From positions 1,415,306-1,479,305 of the forward strand of contig NC_057755.1 in NCBI RefSeq assembly GCF_004010195.1: a stretch of 64,000 bases of DNA, given 5' to 3'. The translations under genes were made by a program, and so were the position numbers. Of this stretch, positions 24,201-37,200 are shown in pieces. Numbering within the stretch: the stretch's first letter is position 1; every line of letters begins with the position of its first letter. The notes below the pieces were generated by a model. The model was not told the DNA's origin. It was given only the letters and a program-made list of their open reading frames with translations, and ran no database searches. Source of the stretch: Chiloscyllium plagiosum. Lineage: Eukaryota.

Positions 24201-27200
24201 AAACAGTGTTGCGATATAATGACAGTTTAAAAAGAGGATATCTTCAACTGGATGGTAATTTAATGCAGCATTCTTTATCCATCCAAATACAACTTGATCC
24301 TTGCCTAAACGCTCCAAAACATCATGCTCCGGCAACCGTTTGGAGATACCTTTCCCCATAATACCATGTGAACACTTTCTCCACATCCTTCCTTGCCCAT
24401 TCAGTGCTCAGAACTGGATATATCTCCTTGAAAATATTGAATGCACACCCTACCCATTCCTGCCCCTGTTCATCTCCCTCTGTGGCCTATACACCACCTC
24501 ACAATTCTCCCCCTCTCAACCCCACCCACACAAAATCATATTCCAGTCCTCCCACACCACCCCCATCCCCACCGCCACGATGGGGCATGGATAAAGGGTC
24601 AAAACGGGACTGTCGGAATACAATTGCCTGGATATTGTCATTTCCCTCCCCCCTTAATGTTTCTGCCCCTTCCCTAAGTTTTACATCTTCCCTCAATTGT
24701 ATGACTCCCCTCGCTACCCAAATTTGCCACCAATGTATTTTTGCCCCTCTCCCCTCAGATTGTTCAGTCTCCTTGATTCCCCTGACTCCCCTCCATTGCC
24801 CTTCCTGACATAAAAGCCCCTCCTCCCCTTTCTCCATGTCGTATACACTCCCCACATCGAGCCCCACCCCAGGCTTTGGGGAATATAAGTCTGTGCGGAT
24901 GGATCAGCCTGTGGTTGCATTCCTCTCCATTGACACACAGCAAGATCACAGACCTGAATCCCTTTCTCTTCAGGAAGAGCACCATTCGGAATATGGTGCC
25001 TATGCCCAATCCCTCATGGAAATTTGTAGGCCCTGTCAGGGTTTCACCCCAATTTTGCCCCTGAATGGCCCTCTTTAAGTCACCTCCATGTGGCGATCTC
25101 TCCTCCAAAATACCACATTCTGCACTCTTCCACCCCACACACTATGATCACGTGTAGAGATTGACCACGGGAATGCACAGTAAGATCCCAGTCTCCTGCA
25201 ATTCATTGTTTCCCCCCAGTCATTGAGAAGAGGTTTGATTCGATCCCACTCCCCAGAGACCTTTTTATGACTTCCCCAAATGCACCCCACCCGTCCCCAA
25301 ATTACCTTCTCCCTGATATTCTGTCTGTCCTCGGTTTTGCAGCGCCCACACCGTTCTGTCTAATTGACCCCTCCGGTTGTAGCTTTACACAGATCCACAA
25401 CCTGATCTCCTCCATAGATGCCCCACCCTCCATATATGATACTCCCCCACATCCTTTAGTGCCCACTATTTTGCGTCTCTCATTTTGTTACCCCAGCCCA
25501 ATTGTGCACCTCCAGAATTTGCCCCCCACCCCCGCCAATTATGCCCAGAAAAGGAGAGTCGAAAATGTGTGCAGACATAATTGCCATCATTATTCCCCAC
25601 CATATTTCTGCCCTCCCTAGGTTTTTGAACATGCCCCCATTAAGCAAATGTGATGCCGATCCCCATTTTCCTGCCCGTGCATTTTGGCCCTCCTGTAGAC
25701 TTTCCCCACACCCCCACCCCCAACCGTTGGCCGTTCCCCCAAAGGTTTGCCCAAACCCACACTTGTCCTTGCATGCACCGCCCAAATGTCCCCTGCCATT
25801 CCTCCCGGCACACCCCTCTGGATATAAAAGCCCAACCTGTGTCAAGTCGTACGCATTACTCCCCACGCCCACCCCACACTGCACCCTAACCACTGGGCTG
25901 AAGTGGGTGGGAGCAAGGGGCAGTTGTGCTTTGACTGGCTGTTCGACAGTGTGTGTCATCATGCACAGAAAGATCACAGGCTTCCACTTGCCGTTCCCAA
26001 ACCTGGACAGTGAGATAGGGGCTTTATCTTCCCCCACACCCACCCTCAGTTGGATCAACGATGGGAGAGATACAGTGAAAAGCAAGATGTCACTGCGTTA
26101 ATAGCATGTGCAGCACTTACTGTGACTGACTCCAAATCTACCCCAGGGACTGGAACAGCGGGACAGATGGGGAAAGAGGGAGGGACAGATGGGGTGGAGA
26201 AAGGGCCAGCGAGGTAAGGGACAGATAGGGAGATGGGGAAGAAAGCGAGCAAGGTGAGGGACAGATAGGGAGGGGGAGAAAACATGCAAGCTGAGGGACT
26301 TAGGCAGAGGGACAGACAGACAGAGAGAGAGACTGAGATGGAAAGAGTAAACTGCTGAGAGAGACAGAGAGAGAGGAGGCAGAGTGTGACACCAGATGAA
26401 GAGAAAAAATCTCAGAAAGATTTCAGGGACTGAAACTGCGACACAAACTCCCAGGGACATCACCAGAGTACAAGTAATGTAAAACCCAGAGAGAGATCAG
26501 AATAGAGAGAATCAAACACCCGGAGGGATGAGAAAGACAAGTGTAGAGAGAGAGATACAATGGATAGCTAGTTACAGAGGGTGGAGATGGGGACGGTGGG
26601 TGATGGTATCAGGTAGATAGAATGATCCTCATCCAGAAACAGCAAAATCCCACAGCATTGACAGAGAAAGCTATGGAGACAGTGAACCATTCAAACAATA
26701 TCATGAAAGAGGGATGATGCCGAGAATTAAAGGAAGGGAATCTATAAGGGAATGTGAACAGGATAGAGATGGGAAGGATGGGGATTGAAAGAAAGGTGTG
26801 GGACAGACAGAGAGACAGAGAGCTGGGAACCCGGAGATAGAGATGGGTGCTGTAGTGAGTGAGGGAAGCAGTGACATCTGTGGCATCAGACTGTGCAACA
26901 GCTCTTTCTGAATAATTTTGCCCCTTTGTGTATACCCAGCCCAGAACTCGTCCGTTGTGGTTAAAAACCCAGAGAGACGGCCTGAACACCAAAATTCTAT
27001 CCCCGTGTGAGTGTGTAAATGAGCGCATGGAGACAGGACAGTTTCTGATTATTCTTTCTCTCGGCCTTTCTCTGGTTGCTGCTCTTGCCTGACCATTCCC
27101 CACAGCAGAATGGATTTGAGTCTCTCAATTTCTGCACCGTCTGGAGTTTCAGCTCTTGGATCCAATCTCCTCTGCTGGGCGAGGGAGGGGGCATGGAAGG

Positions 27201-28044
27201 AACAGTCAGAGAGAAATAAAAATTGATTGGAAAATTAAATGCAACAGTAACACCCAAAGCACAGCAAGGTTCCACCGCTCTCTGCCTTGTACAATCCCTC
27301 CCATTCGCCTGTGATGCTGGTCCAGTTAATTATTGCATCATTAACACATTACACAATGTAACATCGACTTTGAAATTCAACGAAATCCCTTCTTCCTCTC
27401 TCTCCCTACCATTCACTGATCCCTTCCCCTCATTCTCTCTCTCTCCACCACTCTCTGTCTCTATCTTCGTCTCCACCTCTCCTTAGCTTTTCTCTGCTTT
27501 CAGGAATCGACATGTCTCTCCCACACCCCCTCTGTCTCCTCTCGCAGCACATTCCCCACCCGTCCCTTTTCTCTCTCTCTCCCTCCATTTCCCCTTCCGT
27601 TCTCATTGAAATATCCTCTCCTCCCTCCCTCCCTCCCTCCCACTTAAAGTGTGTTCCCATCTCGCTATCCTGTCCTGTAGACATTAGCTACGTCAATACC
27701 ACTTTCTGGGAGGAGTGGTTGGGGTGGTCTGTGCTGGGGAAAAGGGGCAATTATACACCCCACCCACTGTCATATCTTCAGCAAACAACGGCAAGGCCCT
27801 GTATACAAGCTGCTTTGATGTGCAAGGGCAGATCCACAAGCCGGAGGGTGTGGGTGGGCACAGCAACATCCTACAGGCAGTCGGATGTGACCCTGAGCTA
27901 TTTCCTCTTCTTTGCCCCATGCCAGATCACACCTCCCCCATCCCTAGCAACACCATCTCTAAATGCACAATAACCTCCCATATATTTTTTACACAACAAA
28001 ATCCCAATACTGCCAACAATTCAGTTTCTGACTGTGGGTCCTTC

Positions 28045-28233
28045 TGCATTTCTCTCTACTTGTCCTGTCTCCCCCTCTCTCCCTTCTCTCTTCTCTATTT
28101 GTCTCTGTCTCCCTCTCCCTTTCTATCTCTCTCTCTCTGTCTCCCTCTCTCTGTCTCCATCTCCCTCTCTGTCTCCATTTCCTTCTCCGTTTCCGTCTCC
28201 CTCATTCTCTGTCTTGGTCTCCCTCTCTGTCTC

Positions 28234-28280
<47 letters not shown>
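28045..28280. repeat. (CT)n/(CTGT)n low-complexity pyrimidine tract
   Basis: Visible. Confidence 0.85.
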
Positions 28281-28282
<2 letters not shown>

Positions 28283-29640
28283 TCATCATTATTTGTTTGA
28301 AAAATCAACAACAGAATACTGGACAGGCTTCAATAGAGGGGATACATAGAGAAAGACAGAGAGAGACACCCCCCCTACCCGAGACACTCAGTGAATTGAA
28401 TTGAAATTACCACTCTGCCTTACTACTGCGATTATCACATTTTACCTCCCTGGCCTATACGCATCTCACATTACCCCTGACATTAGAACGAGTCTATGGG
28501 GAGAGTTTCTTATTTAAGCTTTCAATTCCCTCCATGGGGAGTCCTTCGTCTGACTGACCTTTGCTGGGGATTGACAGGTGTGAGTCAAATCGCAAGATCC
28601 CAGTTACTTTCGCCCCAGGCTTAAGAACTGTTTTAAAAATGACGAGGCAACAACCCGATCGGAGTTGATTAAACAGAGGCCCCATTAAAAATCACACCTC
28701 CTTTCCCCAAAGCGGAGAATAAACCTCAGTGTAAAACGCAGACAAAACTCATCTAGGCCCCACGGATTGCTGCCTGTCGAACAGGCCACAGGACCGGGTC
28801 CCTGTCTGGAGAAAACTTTTGTTCAAAGGTTTCCTCGTCCCAAAGTCTCTCCTTTCAAATCTCCAAATGACCAGAAAGATTCCTTTGGCAGGAAAGACAC
28901 AGCATTAGTTGAAAAGCAAAGCAGGAAATCTTTTACAGGGAGACAGCACAGCAAGACCCCAAGTTCCCCTCTCAGTGAGACAGACAATCTCTCAACAACA
29001 TCCAAACACAAATATGTTGGGCAGTGAGTTGAGGTTTCGTGTTGAAAATCCTTTGAAATGATGGGTTAGCCGGTTAAACCACTCACTGCCTGCAAGTTCA
29101 AAAATCAGATCATTTTATTTCCAAATAGTGATGCTACTTTAGTTTAACTATTTCCTTTCACCACAAAATTAAATATTATAGCTATTTCACAATCTCACAA
29201 TGCATCTCTCTCTTTCCCTTGTTTCTCCTGCTCTCTTCATTTTCAACTCTTTCTCTCACCCTCTTTCTCTCCCTTTCGATTTCCACCATCGTGCCCCTCT
29301 ATTACAATTCGCATTCCTCTGACAGTGTTCCAATTCTTTCTGGAATATCAGGTATTTTGGATTATAATTCCCTCCTGAGTGAGTTCAGCCTCCTGGATGT
29401 TGGGGTCAACCTGTTTGGGTCATAATCCCAAGGTCCCGGTTACTTTAACTCCAGATGTCAAACTCGTTTTAAAATCAAGAGAGCCACAATCTTACAGAAT
29501 TCAGTTACCCAGAGGACCGTACAAACCAGGCTCCCACACGGCACCCCCCCCCCCCCCCCCCCCCCCACACGGCACCCCCCCCCCTCCCCCCGCTCCCAGT
29601 GGAGATGAAATCTCGGGGTAATAAACAGAGTACCACTCAC

Positions 29641-29765
29641 CCTGGGCCCCAATGGCTGCAGCCTGGCCAACAGTCCTCAGGTCTGTGCTCGCCCTCTGGT
29701 GGTTGTTCTTGTCCAAGGCTGTCGTGGTCCCAGCCATTTTGGATCTTCACTTTCCAGCTTTCCCA
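29641..29765 (-). promoter_or_regulatory. Putative first exon / regulatory cluster (IRF-like, YY1-like and CTCF-like motifs, strong splice donor)
   Basis: Minus strand reads GGAAAGCTGGAAAGTGAAG-atc-CAAAATGGCT (ATG at 29737), CCACCAGAGGGCG (29702-29690), CAGG/GTGAGT donor at 29641/29640. Confidence 0.4.
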
Positions 29766-29818
29766 AAAAAGATTCCTCGGGGTAAAGGAGGGGAAAAAAA
29801 TGGGTTGACGGGGGACAA

Positions 29819-31899
29819 GGAGAAAGTGAGGACTGCAGATGCTGGAGATCAGAGCTGAAAAATGTGTTGCTGGAAAAGCGCAGCAGGTCAGGCAGCATCA
29901 AAGGAGAAGGAGAATCGAGGTTTCGGGCATAAGCCCTTCTTCAGGAATGAGGAGGGTATACCAAGCAGGCTAAGATAAAAGGTAGGGAGGAGGGACTTGG
30001 GGGAGGGGTGTTGGGAATGCGATAGGTGGAAGGAGGTTAAGGTGAGGGTGATAGGCCGGAGAGGGGGTGGGGGCGTTGAGGTCGGGAAGAAGATTGCAGG
30101 TCAAGAAGGCGGTGCTGATCTGAGGGCTGGGACTGAGAAAAGGTGGGGGGAGCGGAAATGAGGAAGCTAGAGAAATCCGCATTCATCACCTGTGGATGGA
30201 GGGTTCCTAGGCGGAAGATGAGTCGCTCTTCCTCCAGGCGTCGTATTGCCATGGTCTGGCGATGGAGGCGCCCAAGGACCTACATGTCCTTGGTGGAGTG
30301 GGACGGGGAGTTAAAGTATTCAGCCACGGGCGATTGGGTTGGTTGGTGCGGGAATCCCAGAGGTGTTCTCTGAAATGTTCCACAAGTAGGCGGCCTGCCT
30401 CCTCAAGGTATAGCAGGCCACATCGCGTGCAGCAGATGCAGTAAATGATGTGTGTGGAGGTGCAGGTGAATTTCTGATGGATATTGAAGGATCCCTTGGG
30501 GCCTTGGAGGGAAGTGAGGGGGGAGGTGTGGGCACAAGTTTTGCATTTTTTGTGGTTGCAGGGGAAGGTGCCGGGAGTGTAGGTTGGGTTGGTGGGGGGT
30601 GTGATTCTGACAAGGGAGTCGCAGAGGGAGTGGTCTTTCCGGAACGCGGATAGGGGTGGAGAGGGAAATATATCCTTGGTGGTGGGGACCGTTTGGAGTT
30701 GGCAGAAATGACGTAGGATGATCCGATGTATCTGGAGGTTGGTGGGGTGGTAGGTGAGGACGAGTGGGATTCTGTCCTGGTGGCGATTAGAGCGGCGGGG
30801 TTCAAGGGCGGAGGAGCGGGAAGTGGAGTAGATGTGGTGGAGAGCATCGTCAACTATGTCTGAGGGGAAATTGCGGTCTTTGAAGAAGGAGGCTATCTGG
30901 GTTGTTCGGTATTGGAATTGGTCCTCCTGGGAGTAGATGCAGCGAAGGCGATGGAATTGGGAATATGGGATGGTGTTTTTACTGGGAGCAGGGTGGGAAG
31001 AGGTGTAATCTTGGTAGCTGTGGGAGTCAGTCGATTTATAGTATAGGTCCGTGTTGAGTTGGTCGTTAGAGGTAGAGATGGAGAGGTCTAGGAAGGGGAT
31101 GAGGAGTCTGAGACGGTCCAGGTAAATTTGAGGTCGGGGTGGAAGGTGTTAGCAAAGTGAATGAACTGTTCAACCTCCTGGTGGAAGCACGAGGCAGCGC
31201 CAATACAGTCATCAATGCAGCGGAGGAAAAGGGTGGTGGTGCCAGTGTAGCTGCGGAAGATGGATTGTTCCACATATCCAACGAAGAGGCAACTATAGCC
31301 AGGGCCCATGTGGTTGCCCATGGCTACTCCTTTGGTTTTGAGGAAGTGAGAGGATTGAAAGGAGAAGTTGTTAAGAGTGAGGACCAGTTCAGTCAGTCGA
31401 AGGAGAGTGTCAGTGGAAAGGTACTGGTTGGTTCGGCGGAAAAGGAAGACGCAGAGGGCTTTGAGGCCTTCGTGATGGGGGATGGAGGTGTATAGGTTCT
31501 GGATGTCCATGGTGAAGATAAGGCGTTGGGGGCCGGGGAAGCGAAAATCATGGAGGAGGTGGAGGGTGTGGGTGGTGTCCCAAACGTAGGTGGGGAGTTC
31601 TTGGACTAAGGGGGACAGGACCATGTCAAGGTATGCAGAAATGAGTTCGGTGGGGCAGGAGCAGGCTGAGACAATGGGTCAGCTGGGGCAGTCAGGTTTG
31701 TGGATTTTGGGCAGGAGGTAGAAACGGGTGGTGCGGGGTTGTGGGACTATGAGGTTGGAGGCGGTGGATGGGAGATCCCCTGAGTTGGTGAGGTTATGGA
31801 TGGTCTGAGAGATGATGGTTTGGTGGTGGGAGGTGGGGTCATTGTCAAGTGGGCAGTAGGAGGAGGTGTCCGCGAGCTGGCGTTTAGCCTCAGCAATAT
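29819..31899 (-). mobile_element. Penelope-like retroelement, 5'-truncated (RT + GIY-YIG endonuclease + terminal repeat with hammerhead motif)
   Basis: ORF 31088..31624: IFTMDIQNLYTSI, GVAMG, FLRCIDD; IIYCICCTRCGLLY..EHFREH (~30360-30450); LEEERLIFRLGTLHP..MNADF C-terminus. Confidence 0.92.
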
Positions 31900-33735
31900 G
31901 GAGATCGACATTTGAGGTTTTCCTTTTTCAATCCTCTCCTAGATCCATGAGTTCTTATTTCAGAACCTCATCTCGCTTTCTACTTATATCGTTGGTGCCT
32001 ATATGCACCAAGACAACCGGATGTCCACCCTCCCCTTTTAGAAATATGTGGAGGCAACAGGGTAGTGGTGATGGGAGATTTGAATTTTCCCAACATTGAC
32101 TGTGATACACTTAGCGTCAGAGGTCTGGATGGGGTAGAATTAGTAAGAAGCGTCCAAGAGACTTTTCTAGAGCACTATGTCAATGGTCCGACGAGGGAAG
32201 GGGCCATATTGCACCCGGTATTGGGGAATGAGCCAGGACAGATGTTAGAAGTTGCCGTCGGGGATTTCTTTGGGAACCGAGACCACAATTCTGTACGTTT
32301 TAGAATACTTGTAGACAAAGATGAGAGTGGTCCAAAGGGAAGAGTACTAAATTGGGCCAAGGCCAATTACATCAAAATTAGACAGGAACTGGGAAATGTG
32401 GATGAGACACAGCTATTTGAAGGGAAGTCCAGGTGGGAGATTTCAAAGATAGATTAAAGATAGTACAGGAAAGGCATGTCCCGTTGAAGACAAAGGATAG
32501 GAAAGGCGAGATTTGTGAACTTTGGGTGACAGGATAAATTTTATGACCGGACAAGAGGGAAAGGGAAGCGCGGATAAGGTCCAGGCAGTTAAGAACAGAG
32601 TGGGGCCTGGAGGAATATCGGAAGAGTAGGACCAGTCTTAAACGAGGATTCAAGCCGACTAAAAAGGGTCACGAAGCAGCTTGAACGAGCAGAATGGAGG
32701 AGAACCCCAAAGCATTTTATTCTTATATAAGAAGCAAGCAGATAACTAGAGAAAGGATTGGTCCACTAAAGGATAATGAAGGAAGGTTATGTGTCGAACC
32801 TGAGAGAATGGGTGAGATTCTGAATAATTACTTTGCATCAGTGTTCACTGAAGACCGGAAAATGACGAATGTTGTGATTAGAGATAGAAGTTTGATTAGG
32901 CTGGATCACGTTGACATAAGTAAGGCAATGTGATGGGTCGGCTCGAGGTTATTAAGGTGGACAAATCGCCAGAACCAGATGCGATCTATCCCAGGTTGCC
33001 GAGGGAGGCGAGAGAGGAAATAGCTGGGGCCCTGACAAATATCTTTGTGGCATTCTTAAACACAGGTGAGGTGTCAGAGGATCGACAGGTTGCTCATGTT
33101 GTCCCCCTGTACAAGAGGTTAGTAGGAATATCCCAGATAACTACAAACCAGTGAACCCAATGTCAGTTGTGGGAAAGTTGTTGGAAAAGGTACAGAGAGA
33201 AAGGATTTATTTATATTTAGAAAAGAATGGGCTCATCGGTGATAGTCAACATAGTTTTGTGTGGGAGAGATCGTGCCTTCCCAACTTCATACAGTTATTT
33301 GAGAAAGTGATCCAATTGATAGATGAAGGAAAGGCTATTGATGCCACATACATGGACTTTAGTAAGGCGTTTGGTAATGTTCCGCATGGTAAACTAACAG
33401 AGAACGTGAAGTCAAATGGTGCGCAAGGTGTTCTAGGTAGGTGGATACAGATCTGGGTGAGCAACAGGAGACAGAGAATAATAGTTGAAGGGAGTTTCTC
33501 GAAATGGAGAAAGGTGACCACAAGGATCAGTTTTGAGGTCACTGTTGTTAGTGATATATATATATATATATAACTGATCTGGAAGGGGGCACTGTTGGTA
33601 TAATTAGCAAGCTTGCAAATGACAGGAAGATTGGTGGAGTAGCAGAAAGCCTAATGGACTTTCAAAGAATAGAGGAGAATATAGATGGACTGGAGAGATG
33701 AGCGGAAAGATGGCAGATGGAGATCCAGACAAACT
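31900..33735 (+). mobile_element. CR1 fragment: ORF2 on + (32050-33735) preceded by an inverted ORF1-esterase piece (31900-32050, minus)
   Basis: MGDLNFPNID, DHNSV, KSPEPD, YMDFSKAF on +; LKGEGGHPVVLVHIGTND on -. Confidence 0.9.
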
Positions 33736-33882
33736 TGAGCTGAATTATACAATGAATTATACACACACACACCCCAGCACAGTGCAAAGGTTTTGTCTGG
33801 GGGGAGAATCAGTGAGGGTCTGACGTCAAGTACCATCGCAGAAATAGCTGTGCGTGTGAGACAGAGTGAGACCATGGCTGGT

Positions 33883-33983
33883 GGGCGGCACGGTGGCACA
33901 GTGGTTAGCACTGCTGCCTCACAGCGCCTGAGACCCGGGTTCAATTCCCGCCTCAGGCGACTGACTGTGTGGAGTTTGCACGT
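33883..33983 (+). mobile_element. HE1-type SINE 5' tRNA-like head, cut by assembly gap
   Basis: A box TGGCACAGTGG, B box GGTTCAATTCC. Confidence 0.85.
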
Positions 33984-34033
33984 NNNNNNNNNNNNNNNNN
34001 NNNNNNNNNNNNNNNNNNNNNNNNNNNNNNNNN
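33984..34033. other. Assembly gap (50 N)
   Basis: Run of N. Confidence 1.
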
Positions 34034-34108
<75 letters not shown>

Positions 34109-34241
34109 CAGAGAGACAGAGAGAGTGCGAGAAAGAGAGCGAGACCGTGCCTCTATGTGTCTCCTGCATACACATTCTTTCTTTCACGTTATTTCAATTG
34201 TTATTTCACTCACGCAGACTCATTCGGACTTTCCCTCTCTT

Positions 34242-34280
<39 letters not shown>

Positions 34281-37200
34281 CACTCTCATGCATAAGCTCT
34301 CTCTTGCAAGCACGCTCTCTCGCAGTCCCACTCACACAAAGTGCATACAGACACTCTTCCTCTCACATGCAGACACTCTCTTGCATGCACACACTGTGTC
34401 TCACATGTGTACACTCTATGTCCCTCTCGGATATACACACTCTCACATGCATGCGCGCACACTCTTTCTCATATGTACACACGCTTTCTCTTGCATGCAC
34501 ATGCGTTTCCCTTTTGCATGTGCACACTCTGTTGCCAACGCAGACACTTTCTTTCTCTTGAACGTGTACTTTGTTTCTCACTTGTGCACACTTACACTCA
34601 TTCTCATGTTCACACACTCTAGTGGATTAATCACCCACTCTCTCACATGCGCAAACATGTTTTCTCACACGCACACATATTTTCTGTCTTGTGCATGTGC
34701 AATACCTCTCGCAGATGCACACAATCACTCTTGTTCTCTTGTACACACACTCTCTCTCATGCACACACTTTCACATGCTCTCACGCATGCACACACTTCC
34801 TCTCTCCTCACACACAGAGACTCCATCTCACGCATGTGCACACAATGTCTCATACACACTCCCTTTCTCGCTCACATGTGCAAACTTTCTCTATCTCTCA
34901 AAAGTGCACACTAACTCATGCGCGCACAGTACCTCATGGCTACACGCTCTAGCACGCACACGCATTCTCCTTCTTTTGCACATTAGCACACTCTCTCTCA
35001 TGTGCACAAACACACACTCTTTAGCATGCATGCATTCTCTTTCTCTCGCATGCATGCACTGTCTTTCACACGCATGCACTCTCTCTCTCGTACAAACATC
35101 TTTCTCTCCCATGCACACAGGCTTTCTTGTGCACATGCACACTCTCTCGCACACATGCAGTCTCTTTTCCTCATGCAGTTTTGCAATCACCCTCTCTCTC
35201 TCGCACACCCTTTCTCTCTCATTTGCTCTCTTTGTCTCTCTTTCTCCCTCGAGTTCACACGTGTTCTCCTCACATTTGCACACACTTTCTCACATTCACA
35301 CACTCTCCCTCAAGTACTCTCTCATTTTTGCACATAATCTCCTCTCATGCACGCACATGCTATCTTTCTGTCGCACAGTCACACACTCTCTTTCTCTTAC
35401 ATGCACACTCTCTGTCGCACAATCTCACTCTCTCATGCATTCAAACACTCTCTCTCGCATGCACTTGCTGTCTCGCATGTGCAAACTTTCACGCACGTGC
35501 TCACACTCTCTACCAGTCGCACGCACAAACTCGCTCACTCACGTTGGAGAACACTCGCTCTCACATATGCACATTCTTTCATGCACACACACATACTTTC
35601 TGCCTGTCGCATGCACAGACACTCTATCTCTCTCTCTCTCTTGTGCAGGAACATACTATCTCTCTCTCGCATGCATGTACACTCTATCTCTCTCACATGC
35701 GCATTCTCTCGTGCACAAATTCTCTCTCACACATTCTCTCTTGCACATACACAGTCTCCCTTGGTCTCACGCACACGGTCTCTTGAACAGGTGCGCACTC
35801 TCTCACATGCACTGTCTCTTTCAGGCATGCACACTCTCTTTCCGTCACATACGCACTCTCTTTCTCTCGCAAGCACACATTCTCTCTCTATCTTGCACGC
35901 ATATACTGCCTCCCATACGCATTCACTCTCTCTTTCGTGCAGGAACACACTCTCTCACATGCGTGCACACACTATCACTCACATCTGCACCCAATCTCCC
36001 TCATTTAAAAACTCTCTTTCTCTCACACATTCTCTTACACATACAAAGTCTCTCTTGCTCTCGCACACGCACTCACTCTCTTTCTCTCACTCATGCACAC
36101 ACAGTATCTTTTGCACAGGTGCACACTCTCTGAAATGCGCCCTTTCCATTTCACGCATGCACACACACCTTTTCGGTTATGCACTTACTCTCTTTCTCTT
36201 GCACGGGCACTCTCTCTCTAACTCTCTTTCACTCTCTCTCATATAGGAACATACTCTCTTTTTCTCTTGCACACGCACAGACTCTTCCTCTCTTGCATGC
36301 ACACGCTCTCTTTCTCTCACGCATGCACACAGACTCTCTCTCACACTCATGCTCTTCATCTCACGAGCAAACGCTCTCTTGCATGCATACACTCTTTCAC
36401 ACATGTGCATATACTCCTTTTCTCTGACATGTACACATTCTCTTTCTCTCTCACGTGCATAATCTCTTCACACAGACACACTTTTTCTCTCTCATGTGCA
36501 CACATTCTACTTCTCTTGCACACGCACACACTCTTTCTCACGCATTCACACAGGCTCTTCCTCTCACGAATGATGCACTCTCTCTCAAGTGCACACGCAC
36601 ACACACATTTTCTCATTCGTGCACACTCTTTGTCCCTCGCATGTACACACTCTTTCTCTCGCATGCGCACAGTCTGTCACTCACGCATCAAATTTCTCTA
36701 TCTTTTTCTGTTTGCATACATTCTCTTTCAAACGCTGTCTCTCTCTCTTTCTCTCAAACGCACAAACTCTCTCTCTCTAGCACTCTCTTTCCCTCACGTA
36801 TGCACGCACACTTTCTGTCAAGCACACACTGTCACTTCCCCTCACATGTGCACACCCTTTGTCTCTCTTGCATGCACACAATCTCTCTCTTGCCTGCACA
36901 CAGTCTCTCGCTCACACACACTTTCTCTTCTGCATGTGCAAACTTTCACACGTGACACACAGTCTGTCTCTCTCACACACATACACTCTCTCTCACGCAC
37001 GTACGCCCTCTCACATGCACTCATACACTCTCTCTCATTCTGTCTCTCTTCTGCGCACACACACAGTCCTTCACTTGTGAACACACTCTCTCTCTCTCGC
37101 ACATGCACACAGTTTCTCTCAAATGCACATAGTCTTTCTCTCTCTTGCATGTACACAGTCTCCCTCTCACTGTCTCATATGTACACAGTCTCTGTCTCTC

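Noticed and set aside
24900..25990. GL*SCC and SL*SFC on minus resembling the claudin GLWxxC motif
   Set aside because: Requires reading stops as Trp, and no transmembrane segments flank them
27715..27870. CAGEKG...SCF...GVGGHS resembling cyclophilin
   Set aside because: The conserved FHRII/QGGDF motifs are absent and the spacing is wrong
29320..29410. Minus-strand SKIPDI..ELE resembling prefoldin subunit 3
   Set aside because: Very short, needs a stop and a frameshift, and the flanking exons do not match
33883..33960. tRNA-like A/B boxes
   Set aside because: Continues into SINE body sequence shared with 7062-7350 and 45795-46160; a SINE head, not a tRNA gene
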